Assembly: GCA_010909165.1 (NCBI GenBank)
Contig: VJWM01000134.1
Span: 434,001 to 498,000 of the forward strand
DNA: 64,000 nt
Origin: Anthoceros angustus
Lineage: Eukaryota; Plantae; Anthocerotophyta
Direction of reading: 5' to 3'
A program made the translations under genes and the position numbers. Below the pieces are notes generated by a model. It had not been told where the DNA came from. It searched no databases and saw nothing but the letters and a program-made list of their open reading frames with translations. Below, piece after piece: positions 22,808 through 35,374 of this stretch; the stretch's first letter is position 1; the number at the start of each line of letters is the position of its first letter.

Positions 22808-23641
22808 ATGCTGCTCACCGGCTGGCTTCCTCGCTGCAGACTGTGATCTCCTGCGTTGCACAACGACAATACATACCCCTCCTCCTCAGCTGAAGGGTAT
22901 GCCGGCAAGGAGCGGTAGCTATTCCGGCGTTTCTGTCCTGCCATTGCCCCCCTCCACATGGCGTTCTCCCTCCCCGATGCTCCAAGCCCCCCGGGCCAGA
23001 GTCAAGTGCAGAGGCTGGGTCAGGATGCCAACCGCACCAAGGCGAAGGCCGCATCGACATCGGCCTTGATCTGGAAGAGGAAATTGGGAGGAGCACTCAC
23101 CAGTTACAGATCCGCGACGATGCACACCCAAACGCTGCTCACTTCGTCTTTCATCTGGCATTTTTAATACAAGGGCCTAATAGGACCTCCTCAACTGTGG
23201 GGGAAAGCACCGAACCACGAGTAGGAATCGTTGGAGGTCCAATTCAAAGCATGTTGCTTGGGGAGAATTTTTATGAACTTGCTACCTGTTTCCTAGCATG
23301 GAACGATCAGATATGAATATTTTAGATATTATATATTTCTAGACTTCTCTTCTGCATTTTGCTCTTTTGTGTAAGTCGTATTCCCGCGTTGGCTCATGCC
23401 GTCATTGAATAACATGCCCACTTGCGGGCTACTTCCTTCATTGTTTACTATGTGAGCGATATCGCATGGAACCTTTTTCCTTTTGTGCTACTCTTTGCAC
23501 CTAATTAACCCCCGAATGCCTACAAGTCCTGATTTGAGACTTTGATACTGTTCTTTCCATTAGGTAAAAAATGATACTGGGATAATTTTGAAGGGACGTT
23601 GGTTTGTTTTCATAGGCCTCACTTGCCCTGCCCATCTAGCA

Positions 23642-23815
23642 TCCATGTACATCAAAACTCCATACCCAAGATCGTCTCCTTACAAGTGAAGAATGTAGTC
23701 TCCATGGCCACATCCTCTCCTCCCCCCTCCATGTACATCAAAACTCCATACCCCATATCGTCTCCTTACAAGTGAAGAATGTAGTCTCCATGGCCACGTC
23801 CTCCCCTCCCCCCTC
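23642..23815. repeat. 86-bp tandem duplication
   Basis: TCCATGTACATCAAAACTCC... units start at 23642 and 23728. Confidence 0.9.
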
Positions 23816-24428
23816 CATCCCCCCGACCAAGGGTTCTTCCCATAGGAGCCATCATAGAATGGAATAGTTGTTCCGCTCCCACTCTTCCACCAAGATATTC
23901 TACCGAGGAATGTGAGTTTCGAACTATCCAACGGAGGAGAGCCACCTTGTAATCGTTTTAAAGCATACAATAGGGGAGATGCTGATGAGGAGCTATTGAG
24001 CTTGCTCACCCTAGAGAGGTTGATAAGAGCCTGGCAAATTTGGTGATGCAAGAGTTACACGTGGGTCAGCACGTGCCTCTCCTACTAGGGTACAACATGC
24101 CTTTGTTGGAGAAGCACCACATACACCGGTGCCACCCGTGTCGACGAACTGTGCAGCCTGTGGAGAGCCGAGCCTTGTTGTGCGCTAGCGCTTTGCGCGC
24201 AGGCTTGAAGCTTGCCAGACCTCTCCCTGAGTAAGCTCACAGAGCTAGCTTGAGTCATAAAAGGGTGGTGAATCTGAATCGCACACTGTTCCATCATGAT
24301 AGCGACCATAGTGGAATTCCAATGTAGCACGGAGTTATGAAGCTTGCTTGCAACCGAGACGTGAACGATAGTTGGTAAACATCCTCAAACTGCTGCTGGA
24401 ATCTTGATAGCAACAGCAGTAGCAGCGT

Positions 24429-24840
24429 TGTCAACTGGGCTCTAGCAAGGCTTGTTTGTAAGCTTGTATCGTGGTTAATCTAGGTAAGACCTACCCTAAC
24501 CTAGCCATCTTAAACTATTGCAACTACGACTCTCTAGTTGCCCGCTGTCCTTCGAGACATGCGTTGTCCGCTCACGGTTATGTATTAGGGAACGGACGCG
24601 CGGAGGGGCGTCATGGCCGAGAATGGTCGAGGCCATTAGCCCGAGACCGTTCTCTGCGCCCGGCTCCGTTCAGCGTAAGGCGGCGGCGAGTCTGGGGCAG
24701 GCAGCGGCAGTGACCCGGCGAGAGCCGAGGTCTATTAAACATTTAAGAGTTGTTGCCATACACATCCAGTCTATACTTCTATTTTCTCTCTCCTCAAGTA
24801 TAGAAATCTCTCATTTTTTCTACTTTCGCACTTCATGACA
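24429..24840. mobile_element. Solo LTR (412 bp)
   Basis: TGTCA...TGACA termini; flanking 5-mers AGCGT (24424-24428) and AGTGT (24841-24845) differ only by one C-to-T change at a CpG. Confidence 0.7.
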
Positions 24841-24869
24841 AGTGTTCAGGTAAATTCAATTTTCGGTTT

Positions 24870-26581
24870 TCACACATATTCTACTAGTGTAGATGGGGTG
24901 TACACTGGTGATTTTGGTGCTGTAATTTCTTCATAACAATATTTCTTCTTTGACTTGTTATAGGGTCCAGATAAGAAATTTATCATTTCAAAAATCTCGT
25001 CCAATCGAGAATATTTCTGCAACCAGAAGCCAACTGTGAGAATCTATAGACATTTTATGTAGACTTTCTTACTTTCAAATACTAACCTCAAATAGTGCGA
25101 ATAACTCGTTTTGGTTCTTGGATAGCTACAAAAGAAATTAGACTAAGATTAATAATTTACCTCCATTTCAAGTCGAAGTAGATCCTGCTTTGCATATACC
25201 TTTTTTACTAATGTTAAGCAGGTGCTGTGAAGATTCCCCACACTGTGAAAGTGTGATTGTACATTCTGGAAGGGACAAATGTTAGAATTGTTATTTTGTG
25301 TTGAAAATGAATTCCAAATTGCAATACCTTTTGGATGTTTTTTGTCGTCTCCGGATCTTGCATGAGAGACATTAAGTCTGTAGTTTTTAGCTCCTTGTTT
25401 TGAATAGCGACTGATATTTCTGTGTACAAAAAATTGAAATTATACACTATCGAAGAGAGCAACGAAAAAAAAACCTACAAAAACTTACTTCTTTGGATTT
25501 CCATATACTCTTGGAATGTTGGCGTGCTCCCATCTTCATTTAGGATTGGTTGTGCTGGGTCTTTAAAACTATGCTCCAAAATTAGAACATAAGTGTTCTT
25601 GAAATCTTGAAACATTTTAGGATATTGAAAGTTGTTCATCCATTTGCCATACTCAGTAAACTCTGTTGAAGGGCCGTACGTTGGTGCGTTGTCTTCGAAG
25701 TCATCTATCTTTCTTTTTTTGCCCTACAAAATAAGAAAATTAGTATTGATACCGGCAGAATTTGTGATGTAAATGTGTATAATATAGACTGATTTAAGCA
25801 AACCTGAATTGATATGGCTGAAAGATCAATTTTTTCGTCAATTGCGTCTATCTTATCTTTGATTTCCTTAGCAGTAATTGCTTGTTCTCCAGCATTCTGT
25901 AAATAGTGAAAGAGATGGCAAAACTATTATTCAATTTGAATTCACTTGTGTGAGTGAAACTGAGAAGTTGGATAACATACCTCTAATATGGACTGAATTG
26001 AGATTTGATGTCCGTTGAACCTCTCGACAAGAGTCATGGTTTCAAGTTCTAAATGAGCAGTTGTTCGCAGATTTTTCTTAATATCCTGTAAAACGCCAAA
26101 TTAGATAAACCTTCCCAGCATCCTGCCAAGGCTTAATGCTGCGAAAAACATTTTTGTTACATATTTACCTTTTTTATTTTGTTAAGCTGGGCAGGCACAT
26201 CGCAAAGAAGCTGCAGGTCTTGTTTGTTCATGGATAAGAACATGGTGTGCTCTGAAATAACTGAAACAGTTCCAAATAATTAGTTACGAAACCTAAAACA
26301 GCTAACCATGCTCTTGCGAGTTAAGGTACCTTTTTCAACGATTTTTCGAATCTCGAGAAGTGGAAGCTCAATCTCGAGTCTGGTGTCATATCCTGGATCC
26401 CCATGGGTGGGAACATGTTTGTCTGATCGCAAATTGTCAATGTGTGTCGCTTTAAGCTCCTGTGGTCGCTCTCTGTAAAATAAGATTTCAGCCATGGTTT
26501 CAATTTATCAGTTAAACAACCTACGCGATTACCTTCTTCGATTTCAAGCTTATCATTGTTGCTTTCGTTGTCCGATTCCAT
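24870..26581 (-). CDS. Spliced AT-rich orphan gene (~9-10 short exons), no recognisable domain
   Basis: Consecutive GT-AG introns join in phase into an open frame: ...EHTMFLSMNKQDLQLL | DIKKNLRTTAHLELET | NAGEQAITAKEIKDK | GKKRKIDDFED...EYMEIQR | KISVAIQNKELK | NVQSHFHSVG...LEME | LSKNQNELFALFE | ...TPSTLVEYV* (TGA 24870-24872). Phase of the first exon junction is unresolved. Confidence 0.7.
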
Positions 26582-26619
26582 CCTGAACGAGAAAAGGAAA
26601 CTGTTTTGATCAGACAGCT

Positions 26620-27835
26620 GTATTAATGCATCTTGACTGTAAAAAACTCACTGCCAGATGAAGAAAAAAGAGGAAGAAGGCTACTTGAAGTGGTGACCTT
26701 CTTCTATGGTTCTTGGCGTATTGCACTTATAGCACTGTCATTATACAACATGCAATAGAGTTAATCTCACAATAATTGGCGATCATGCAATAGAGGTAAG
26801 GTGACAAAACTGCAGGGCAGGCCTATTTTGAGAATGTTGGTTCCACTCATGCGAGATCGCGTGGGACTAGTGCTTAAAGAAAATCGATGCCGAGTTAAAG
26901 AAGGTAAACGAATCGAAGAAAGGCGCAACTGGCATGCATGGTGCCAAACCCACCATGTAGTCAGACTGAAACACATCAAACCCAAACAGTTTTGGTGGAT
27001 GGTTTCATTTAGAACCGCTCAAGAAAGGAATGTTTCAGAGCATGGTGTGTTCAATAGCAGGGAGCTAAACCGGCCGTTTTACAATCAAGTAAGGTTAGTA
27101 GCTCCATCAATGGAACAACCGCACTAAGCGTACAAAAAGGACAGATCTGAAAATAAACTGTACTGAAGGTCCTGATGTTAAAATTTTCAACAAGACACAA
27201 TGCTTCTGGCAGTAACTAGTTAAGAGGTTAGTGAGTAGAAGCGACTAATTTGCACGATGGATTTAGATCAAACTTCCAAGAGAACCCACAAATGCCTCGA
27301 GCTCATAAATGACAAGCTAAGACACACTTCCCACCGGACCCCTATTTGTTACATACGGCAAGCATCGAGGCAGAACTAGGTGTTTATACAAGACAACATT
27401 CGGTGCAACAAGACCACTAGTCAGTTTGTTGGGCGTGGTGGGGAGTACCTTGTTGGTATCATGTGAGTTGTGTATGATGGTAGTGGGGCACTGGTCAGTG
27501 TCTTGGCGCAAGATGTGTTGAGAGAGGCGAGTGCTGCACAAGAAAGGTAAAGGGGTCAAAAACCTAAAGCAGATGCCCAAATACCCAGAAAGCAAAAAAG
27601 AAAGGGAGATGAAAGGCCCATCAGCAGCAAGGGCAGGCGCTGCGGGTAGTACCTCGCTGATCGTTAACCGCGATGTTGGGCGCTATGAGAGACTGACTGA
27701 TGCTCTGAAGACTTCTCGAAAACCGCCCAAGACGGTCTTTTGCAAGATGCTGGCAAAACCTTTGCTCACTCAAAACTTCCGCCGAACCACCGCCGATCTC
27801 TAGAACCTCCGACTACCGCAAGAACCTCCGCGAGC
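26620..27835. repeat. Copy A of ~1.2-kb direct repeat
   Basis: Aligns by eye to 28771-30010 from TATTAATGCATCTTGAC to AGAACYTCCGCG. Confidence 0.93.
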
Positions 27836-28079
27836 ACCGGGGCCGATTGCAAGCGAGATAGGTGAAAGGGAACTACGCCGAAGCAGGCTTGAGCTCGAGG
27901 ACCTCCGTCGACCAACCACGTGAGGGCCTTGAATAACAAGCAGAGCTGGCGGGCGTGAAAAGTAATAGACACGGTTGCCTCGAGTCTCTTTAAGTACTCA
28001 CAAACTAGGTTTCCAAATGGTTCCGGTGGTGCGTTTGTGGCGGTTGTGATTTGATGGCGACTTTATCCTATGCCCATTG

Positions 28080-28640
28080 CCGGGTTTGGAGACCAGTTTG
28101 GTTTTGTCGAGCTAGGTTTGGAAGATAAAAATTAGGTTTGGTTGAGCGGTAGGTGTGGCGAATGGCGTTGCTAGGTAGGTTTGGTAGTCGGCTTGGAATC
28201 TTAGGTTTGGTAAATTCAAATGAGCTTTGGTAGAGAGAGAGTGGTGGCGCCAACAGAGGGAGAACGTCTAGGGTTTGCATGCCTATATAAAGGGCTTCTT
28301 GAAAGGTTGAGGTCTTTATTCCCTCCTGTTTTCCGAAGGCCAAGGTGGTAGGTTGTGCTCCAAAGTTTCCAGGCCCGCTTGTTTTGTCGAAGGCCAAGGT
28401 TGTTTTAGGTCTTCTCCGAGGCTAAGGCCTTCTTCTGGTTGTTCGAAGGCTAAGGTCTTCTATCTTTGTTTCGAAGGCCAAGGTACTTTTGTTTCTGTGT
28501 TCCGAAGGTTCCTTTCGAAGGCCAAGGGGCCTTTTTCTTCCGAAGCTCAAGATTTTCCTTTGAAGGCCAATTGTGTTTTGTCCAAGGGTGTTTTCGGCAC
28601 CAAGGCCAAGGTCTATAATAGTTTAAAGTTCTTTGCCTCT
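28080..28640 (+). promoter_or_regulatory. Promoter module homologous to 5400-6300: GGTTTGG repeats, TATATAAA (28284-28291), GAAGGCCAAGG array
   Basis: Shared string TGGTAGAGAGAGAGT..GGCGCC.ACAGAG.GAGAA..AGGGTTT..GCCTATATAAA. Lies between the divergent orphan gene and the recombinase gene. Confidence 0.65.
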
Positions 28641-28770
28641 TCATCGTTGTGCATTTGTGTATGCATATACATCCTCGAGGCTCTGTTATTATCGTAGTTT
28701 GTTTCGCGGTATCGGTTTCGTTTCTTGCGCTTTGTACTGTGGATTGCTACAAGCAGTGCTTTTAGCGACA

Positions 28771-30010
28771 TATTAATGCATCTTGACCGAAAAACTCACG
28801 CGGATGAAGAAAGAGGAAGAAGGCTACTTGAAGTGGTGACCTTCTTCTATGGTTCTTGGCGTATTGCACTTATAGCACTGTCATTATACAACATGCAATA
28901 GAGTTAATCTCACAATAATTGGCGATCATGCAATAGAGGTAAGGTGACAAAACTGCAGGGCAGGCCTATTTTGAGAATGTTGGTTCCACTCATAAAGTAA
29001 AACAGTAACAGGGACTATTGCTTAAAGAAAATTAGTGCCCAGACTAAAAGAAGGTAAACGAATCGAAGAAAGAAAGGCGCACTGCTCTGGGCAAACCCAC
29101 CATGAAGTCGGTGAAACACATCAAACCCAAAGCTTTTGGTGGATGGTTTCATTTAGAACCGCTCAAGAAAGGAATGTTTGAGCATGGTGTGTTCAATAGC
29201 GAGGAGCTAAACCGCCGTTTACAATCAAGTAAGGTTAGTAGCTCCATCAATGGAACAACCGCACTAAGCGTACAAAAAGGACAGATCTGAAAATAAACTG
29301 TACTGAAGGTCCTGATGTTAAAATTTTCAACAAGACACAATGCTTCTGGCAGTAACTAGTTAAGAGGTTAGTGAGCTGAAACGAGCTGCTAACTGTTTGC
29401 ACGATGGATTTAGATACTGAAACTTCCAAGAGAACCCACAAATGCCTACAGGAGCTCATAAATGACAAGCTAAGACCGCACACTTCCCACCGGACCCCTA
29501 TTTGTTACATACGGCAAGCATCGAGACAGGAACTAGGTGTTTATACAAGACAACATTCAGCGTTGCAACAAGACCACTAGTCAGTTTGTTGGGCGTGGTG
29601 GGGAGTACCTTGCGCTGGTATCATGTGAGTTGTGTATGATGACTGAGTGGGGCACTGGGTCGCGGTGTGCTGGCGCAAGATGTGTTGAGAGAGGCGAGGT
29701 GCAGCTGCACAAGAAAAGGTAAAAAGGGGGTCAGCCCAAAACCTAGAAGCACAGATGCCCAAATACCCAGAAAGCAAAAAAGAAAGGGAGATGAAAGGCC
29801 CATCGGCAAAGGGCCGGGTAGTACCTCCATCGTTAACCGCGATGTTGGGCGCTATGAGAGACTGACTGATGCTCTGAAGACTTCTCGAAAACCGCCCAAG
29901 ACGGTCTTTTGCAAGATGCTGGCAAAACCTTTGCTCACTCAAAACTTCCGCCGAACCAGCAGCGCCGACCTCTAGAACCTCCGACTACTACTAGAACTTC
30001 CGCGGAGCGT
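28771..30010. repeat. Copy B of ~1.2-kb direct repeat
   Basis: As copy A; differs mainly by many 1-3 bp insertions. Confidence 0.93.
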
Positions 30011-32162
30011 GGGAACTTATGTTTCTTACTGTGTCGGTTTTGTTTTAATGAATTGCTGGCTCCTGTTGCAGACGTTATTGGAAGTAAGAATACAGAGTAT
30101 ATCAGGTCTGTTCCAAATAGCTGTTCCAAACTGACAGTATCCAGTGGTCTTTTGAGTCCTTTGAAGTGTTTGTTTCTTTCAGTGTCTATGTTTGGACTCT
30201 GGAGGTTAGTTCGCATGCGCTCGTCTCGTTTTGTTTTCTGTCGTGTCTTCCAGTAACGTTGTTTGCATGTACTTTGTTCCTATGTTGTGTCCTTTTCTTG
30301 TAGCATGTTTTCCATGTTGTTCAGTGCTCTCTTTCATAAATTTTGTCAGTTTTGTTTCTTTCCTTCTGTTTCTTTTAAATATGAGCAGACTTATAATACC
30401 CTTGCCTCTTAGTTTTGTAGTTTGTTACCCTCCCGTCAATGCTTTGCTACTGGCTAAAACACTGGGAAGTAACAGGCCGCGTCTCATCGTCGTGTATGTA
30501 GGATTGTATGGCTGATTCGTATTGAAGCATAGATAGTAATTGTAGTTTGCGTTTTTTCCATGTATTGTTTTTTGCTCTTACAATGAGGTTTGGCTAAGCC
30601 AATTCTGGTTTCTTTTATGTGGTTGTGTTGGTCCTTTTTATGTGAGTAAACAACCTTTGGTAGTTGTGTCATCCTCTCATCAGGCGCTTGTCCGCTGCGT
30701 ATGTGTGCGGGAAGTGTCCGGACGTAATTTGGATACATTTTGATACACGTGTACTCTGGGTAGCTGGTGTCTGTGTTGTGTTGGGTGCACTTTGTTTGCA
30801 GTTATCAATATTTCAGTTTAGAATTTACTTTTCGTATTTGGTTCTTGTCTGTTGTGTGTTTCTTTTTAGTGAATATTTCTGGGCGCTTTTTATTCTTTGT
30901 GTTGTATCATTGTTTCCAGTGTCTTGCATTCTTGCCATTAGAGTTAGTGTGCTGTTTGATATTTGTGTCACCTAATTTTTCCATGGAATGTTTTACCATC
31001 GTTTTTTCGCTATTTGTGGTTCACAGTTTTGCATTGTAGTTGTCTTATTAAGTTTTTACCATGTTCTTGTGTATGAAGATAAACTTTGAAATCAGGTCGG
31101 TATCTTTTTATGTTTCGTGATATAGGTTATGTCTATCCTGTCTCGTATACTCTCATAGTGTTGTCTGTCTCCTGTCCACCTTAGGTTACTGCTTGTTAGC
31201 TGGTTTCACTTTTGTGTTTTTACCCACTGATTTCTCGTGCAAATGCTGAAATGCTGTAACTGTTTAATCGTGAAAGATTTGTCCTTTGTTTGTTTACAAT
31301 CAGTATGTTTTTAATGAAGTCGTTGAAGACTGGTCGTCATGTTTTTTTTGCGTTTAGTGATGTTTTGTAATCCTCTCGTTTTTCAAGATCGTTGAAAGTG
31401 TTATTGTCTAGCGCTCATCATTCTTAGTGTTTATCTGTGATAATGTTTTCTTTTTACTATGTGTGCATCATATCTCTAACTGTTATGTAAAAAAATTGTA
31501 TGTCTCAGGTTTTTCTTTGCCGTGTTTGACGCAACTGTGAGCTGCTCTATTGTGTATCTGTGTGTGCCCTTTACTGTAAGTTATGGTCTATGTCTTAATC
31601 TTGCAGTTAGCAAGCAATCTTGCGCTTTATCATGTATTTATTTTTCAATTAATTGAATGTTGCTTTCGTCGCAGGTGATTGCAACGTTTGGGAGGGTTTG
31701 CTTCAAATCCTTTGGGGGAAACCTTTCAAAATTGAGTCTTGATATGTGTTAATTGCCTGAAGGCCGTTGAATTTGCAAATGTTCTTTTGTGTTTTATTGT
31801 TTGCTATTTGGGGGTCAACTGTTTTTAATCGTTTTTTGTGTGAATTGTATCGGAATGCGATTCGTAAGTGCGTCCATGTCCAGAACAATAAGGTGGAAGA
31901 TGTCTATCTGTTGCATTTTCATCAAAAAGAAAAGGGGAGAAATTCATAGGTATCGCCGTCAGATGTTTTTGCTGTCACAATTGTTACCATCGCCCTTGCT
32001 TCAGCCTCGATCATCTGATAATCAACTTCTAAACCTTCCAGCAGGTTTTGTCTGGAATTCTGTTTTTCACAAGTAAGTCTAACAGTGTTGTTTTAACTGT
32101 TCCTTTAAATTTTTGCTGTATTGTGTTCCTGTAGTGCTTGTCTGACATTATATTTTTTTCAG

Positions 32163-35100
32163 ATGGCTCCAAAAAGGGAACCTACTAGACTTGCTGAACC
32201 GGGGAAGAAACATGTACCTATGTCTGAAGTCATGTCAAAGCCCTTCACATGACAACGTGTCAAGTCTGCCATTGCACGTACTTCTACTCACCCTCTGAAT
32301 GATGACGGTAAAATTGATGGCGTTCTTGTCCATAGTGAGGGAACATATTTGGTACCAGTGAAGGATTGTCCAAAGTTGCCAAGGCGGTTTTCCTCTAAAG
32401 TGGCTACTCGACGCGCAGCTGAGTTTGCTCAAAAGAGAAGACGTCTTGACACCCGACATGTTCCTTTGGTGGAAGGCCTATTATCAAAGATCACTAACTA
32501 TGTTCCTGTTTCTGAGAGGGGAGTAGTCTTTGTTGGTGAAAATGATCATGTGCTGCAGGGCAACCAAGTAGCTGCCTTGCAACCTCAGCTTGGTGAGTTC
32601 TCGATGCCTTTGGTTGTCCGCCATCCTGAAGTGGTGCCTGATCAAGAGTGTCTTGATATGTTTGAAAGACTGAGATGTGCGGAGATGTGCCCGGAAGATG
32701 ATTTTGCAATGGGCGCTGAAGAGATTGAGGATGAAGCTAATTTTAGAGAAAGGTTTGACCTTACATTCTCGATGGTCTTTGTTGATGCCGAGTGGGGTGA
32801 GGATAAGTCTAAGCGTCAAAACAATTGGTGTCGTAGTAGACTAAAAGCTTTCATGGTTAATGGTGTCAAGGGTTGGGATAGAGTAGTAGAGGATATCCTC
32901 CATAGGGATCTTAACTTGATTCTTATACCCTTCTTCCACCAAGTGCGCAATTTGAAGGACAACTCCAGGTTCTCTCCAGAAACGTAAGTGTGTTTCCCCT
33001 TTTGTGTTTTTTAACTTTTGCTATACTAGCGACAAAGCTTTTTGTTTATTTTTAGGTTGATGTCCTTTTTTCGAGGGTTCAATCGAATTCTCATGAGAAA
33101 GTGTGTGCTCGATCAGAGCCGTTTGGGTTGTGATGTTCCTATCATCAATATGTTCCATGGTATATTTCATGGGGCTCAGGCTGCCCCGGTTGCATCGATG
33201 AAGATAAGCAAGGACCTTGGAATTGTATCTTGCTGGAAGGAGGTGAAAATCATGTCTGATGATGACGAGCGGAGGATCCTAGTCCACAAGGACCATCAGT
33301 TTTCATTTGGACGTGGCGCTCAGAAGAGGTTTGTCTACTCTGCACTTTTGATTATGTTGAAGATATGCTGCTTCTGAGTTCAAGTTGTTTATTGGTGCAG
33401 GTGTGCATACTTTTGTATGAATTGGTTTGGTGTTCGTGGTGGAGAGGAGTTGCACAATCTTCTGATCAAGGACTTCTCCTTTGGATCGATTCTCGGAATT
33501 TTGTCCAAGAAGTTCCTTTGTGTCTTGTACGACCAATGAACTTTTGGGTATTGGGTGATTTCTAAAGCTTTGCGGTATGAGGAACGAATGTCTAAAAACT
33601 ATAAGGTTGATATGCGCAACTACCAGAGCGAGCATTTTCGGCCAAAGCTCAAGAATTATGAGTTGGATGTGATCCAAACCTTCTGGGCTGTTATTGATCA
33701 CTCGCCAAAGTGGATGCTTTTGTTTAAGTTATTCTTTTCCATAATGCACTAACTCGAAACTGTTTCACTAGGCGTGGTATGCAAAATTGCGTGTTTCGAA
33801 AGGGATGCTTTCACGGTACATGAAGACAATGGCAGAAGTTGCTGGTCTTAAAGGCTATTACACCAACAAGAGTTATCGTGTGACAATGATTACACGTCTA
33901 ACAATGGCCCAGGTGCCCTCTGACGCAGGCAGAAGTGTTACTGGGCACAAAACAGATGCTGGGTTTTCAAGGTACATTTTGGTGGGTTATTCTCTGTTGA
34001 TGGTTGTGCTCTTTTTTCTGATATCTTGTGGATTCCGCAGTATGATAGTCGGGCAAAGCGGCGGGCGACAAGGGTTGGTGCACGGAGAATGAAGATCTTA
34101 CAAAGAGTTGCTGACTGAGGAACTCAATCGTATGCAAGATGACTTGCGTGGTGTGCTTCCATCAACTGTTCTTAGTGTGACTCCGAAGTTGTATTTGCGA
34201 GTCAGCATGAAGATGTAAGTGTGTTTGGTTTTGAGGATAAGCTATTTGTCTTGAAAATGTTTTGACATATTGCGTTCTGTGTAGGCCTGCGGTGAATTTC
34301 CCTTGCAAGTTCAACGTGATGAGAATGTAAGTGAGAAATTTGTGGACTGGTTTTCAGAATCTCTTCTATGCTTTAGTGTGTTCTGACTCCTTTATTCTCT
34401 GGTTATGGCTGTTGCCACACCTGTTATTCATCATGAAAACGGATTGCAAATCAATGTCAGTAGCATACCAGATATTGTTGGAAGTGGTGTTTCGCGTCTT
34501 GAAGTTCAGGTTGGTATTCCATGTGCTTGTTTTACCTATAGGCGTTCTTTTGTAATGTGGTTTAACTTCTTATGCCTTGATAGGTAACGGATGCAGTGTT
34601 TGAAAGCATTGCTCAGGAAAGGCAAATCAATAACAGCAGACCAATGACTGGGTCTGCAAGTGATGAAGCGTCATTGCCGCTTGCACACATTCCTGTACAT
34701 AGCCTGCAAGTGATGAAGCGTCTGAAGTGCAACAAGACAGGAATGTGGCTATATTACCCGTGGACGTGGTTTTGCAGAATGGGACTGGGAATTTCAGCAA
34801 TTTTGAGCAGCGTTTGGCTGATATCTCCCGAGAACGGGAGTTGGAATATGATAGACAGAAAGAGGAGAGAGAATTTCAACGGCGGAAAGATTTCGAGGCA
34901 TTGATTGAGAGGCAGAGGCATAAAGCTGTCGAACTACGAGTGTCGAAGCAGAGGGAGAAAGCTCTTGAGATTCAAAGGCGAAGAAATGTGGAAAGAAGAC
35001 AACAATACATGAAACAGCAAGAAAAACTGAAACAGCAGCAGAAGGAGCAGCAAGAGAGGCGGAGAATGCAGTGGGAGAGACAACAGATTCAGAATGATCC

Positions 35101-35374
35101 TGGGCCTCGAGAAATGCCCGGTGCCAATCACAAAAATCCGTCCGGAACTGTAAGTGATGTTATACTCCCTTAATTATTTGTATTTGAGTGAAAATTAATG
35201 TTTGTGATTGAGCAGGTTGTTTTACAGGAAAATGATGAATTTCTTCGAAGTCCTCAACTTCAGCAACTTCTAGTCAACTATGATAATGTTGGACAAGTTG
35301 TGCCTATGAAACCAAATGGACGTGAAATTTACATTTTCAACTTGTACAATTATACAGTGAATTTTCCGAAATAA
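32163..35374 (+). pseudogene. Crypton/DUF3504-type tyrosine recombinase gene with introns and coiled-coil C-terminal extension; premature TGA at 32250-32252
   Basis: Core-binding region KSKRQNNWCRSRLKAF..LIPFFHQVRNLKDNSRFSPET|LMSFFRGFNRIL; catalytic WFGVRGGEELHNL (R 33435); YEERMSKN; WYAKLRVSKGMLSRYMKTMAEVAG..TNKSYRVTMITRL..VTGHKT..FSRY; tail IFNLYNYTVNFPK*. In-phase GT-AG introns at 32984-33055 and 33329-33400. Confidence 0.85.

Noticed and set aside
22815-23161. N-terminal extension or separate gene upstream of the PGM-like CDS
   Set aside because: In-frame stops intervene and the only joining intron would be ~26 bp; cannot be supported without RNA data.
23520-24428. gag remnant (IPFYDGSYGKNP)
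   Set aside because: A single weak motif; the adjacent LTR has its own TSD as a solo LTR, so this is not its internal region.
26620-30010. Split direct repeats of a DIRS/Ngaro retroelement
   Set aside because: No RT/RNase H is associated with the recombinase, the gene has spliceosomal introns, and the repeats are internal rather than terminal.
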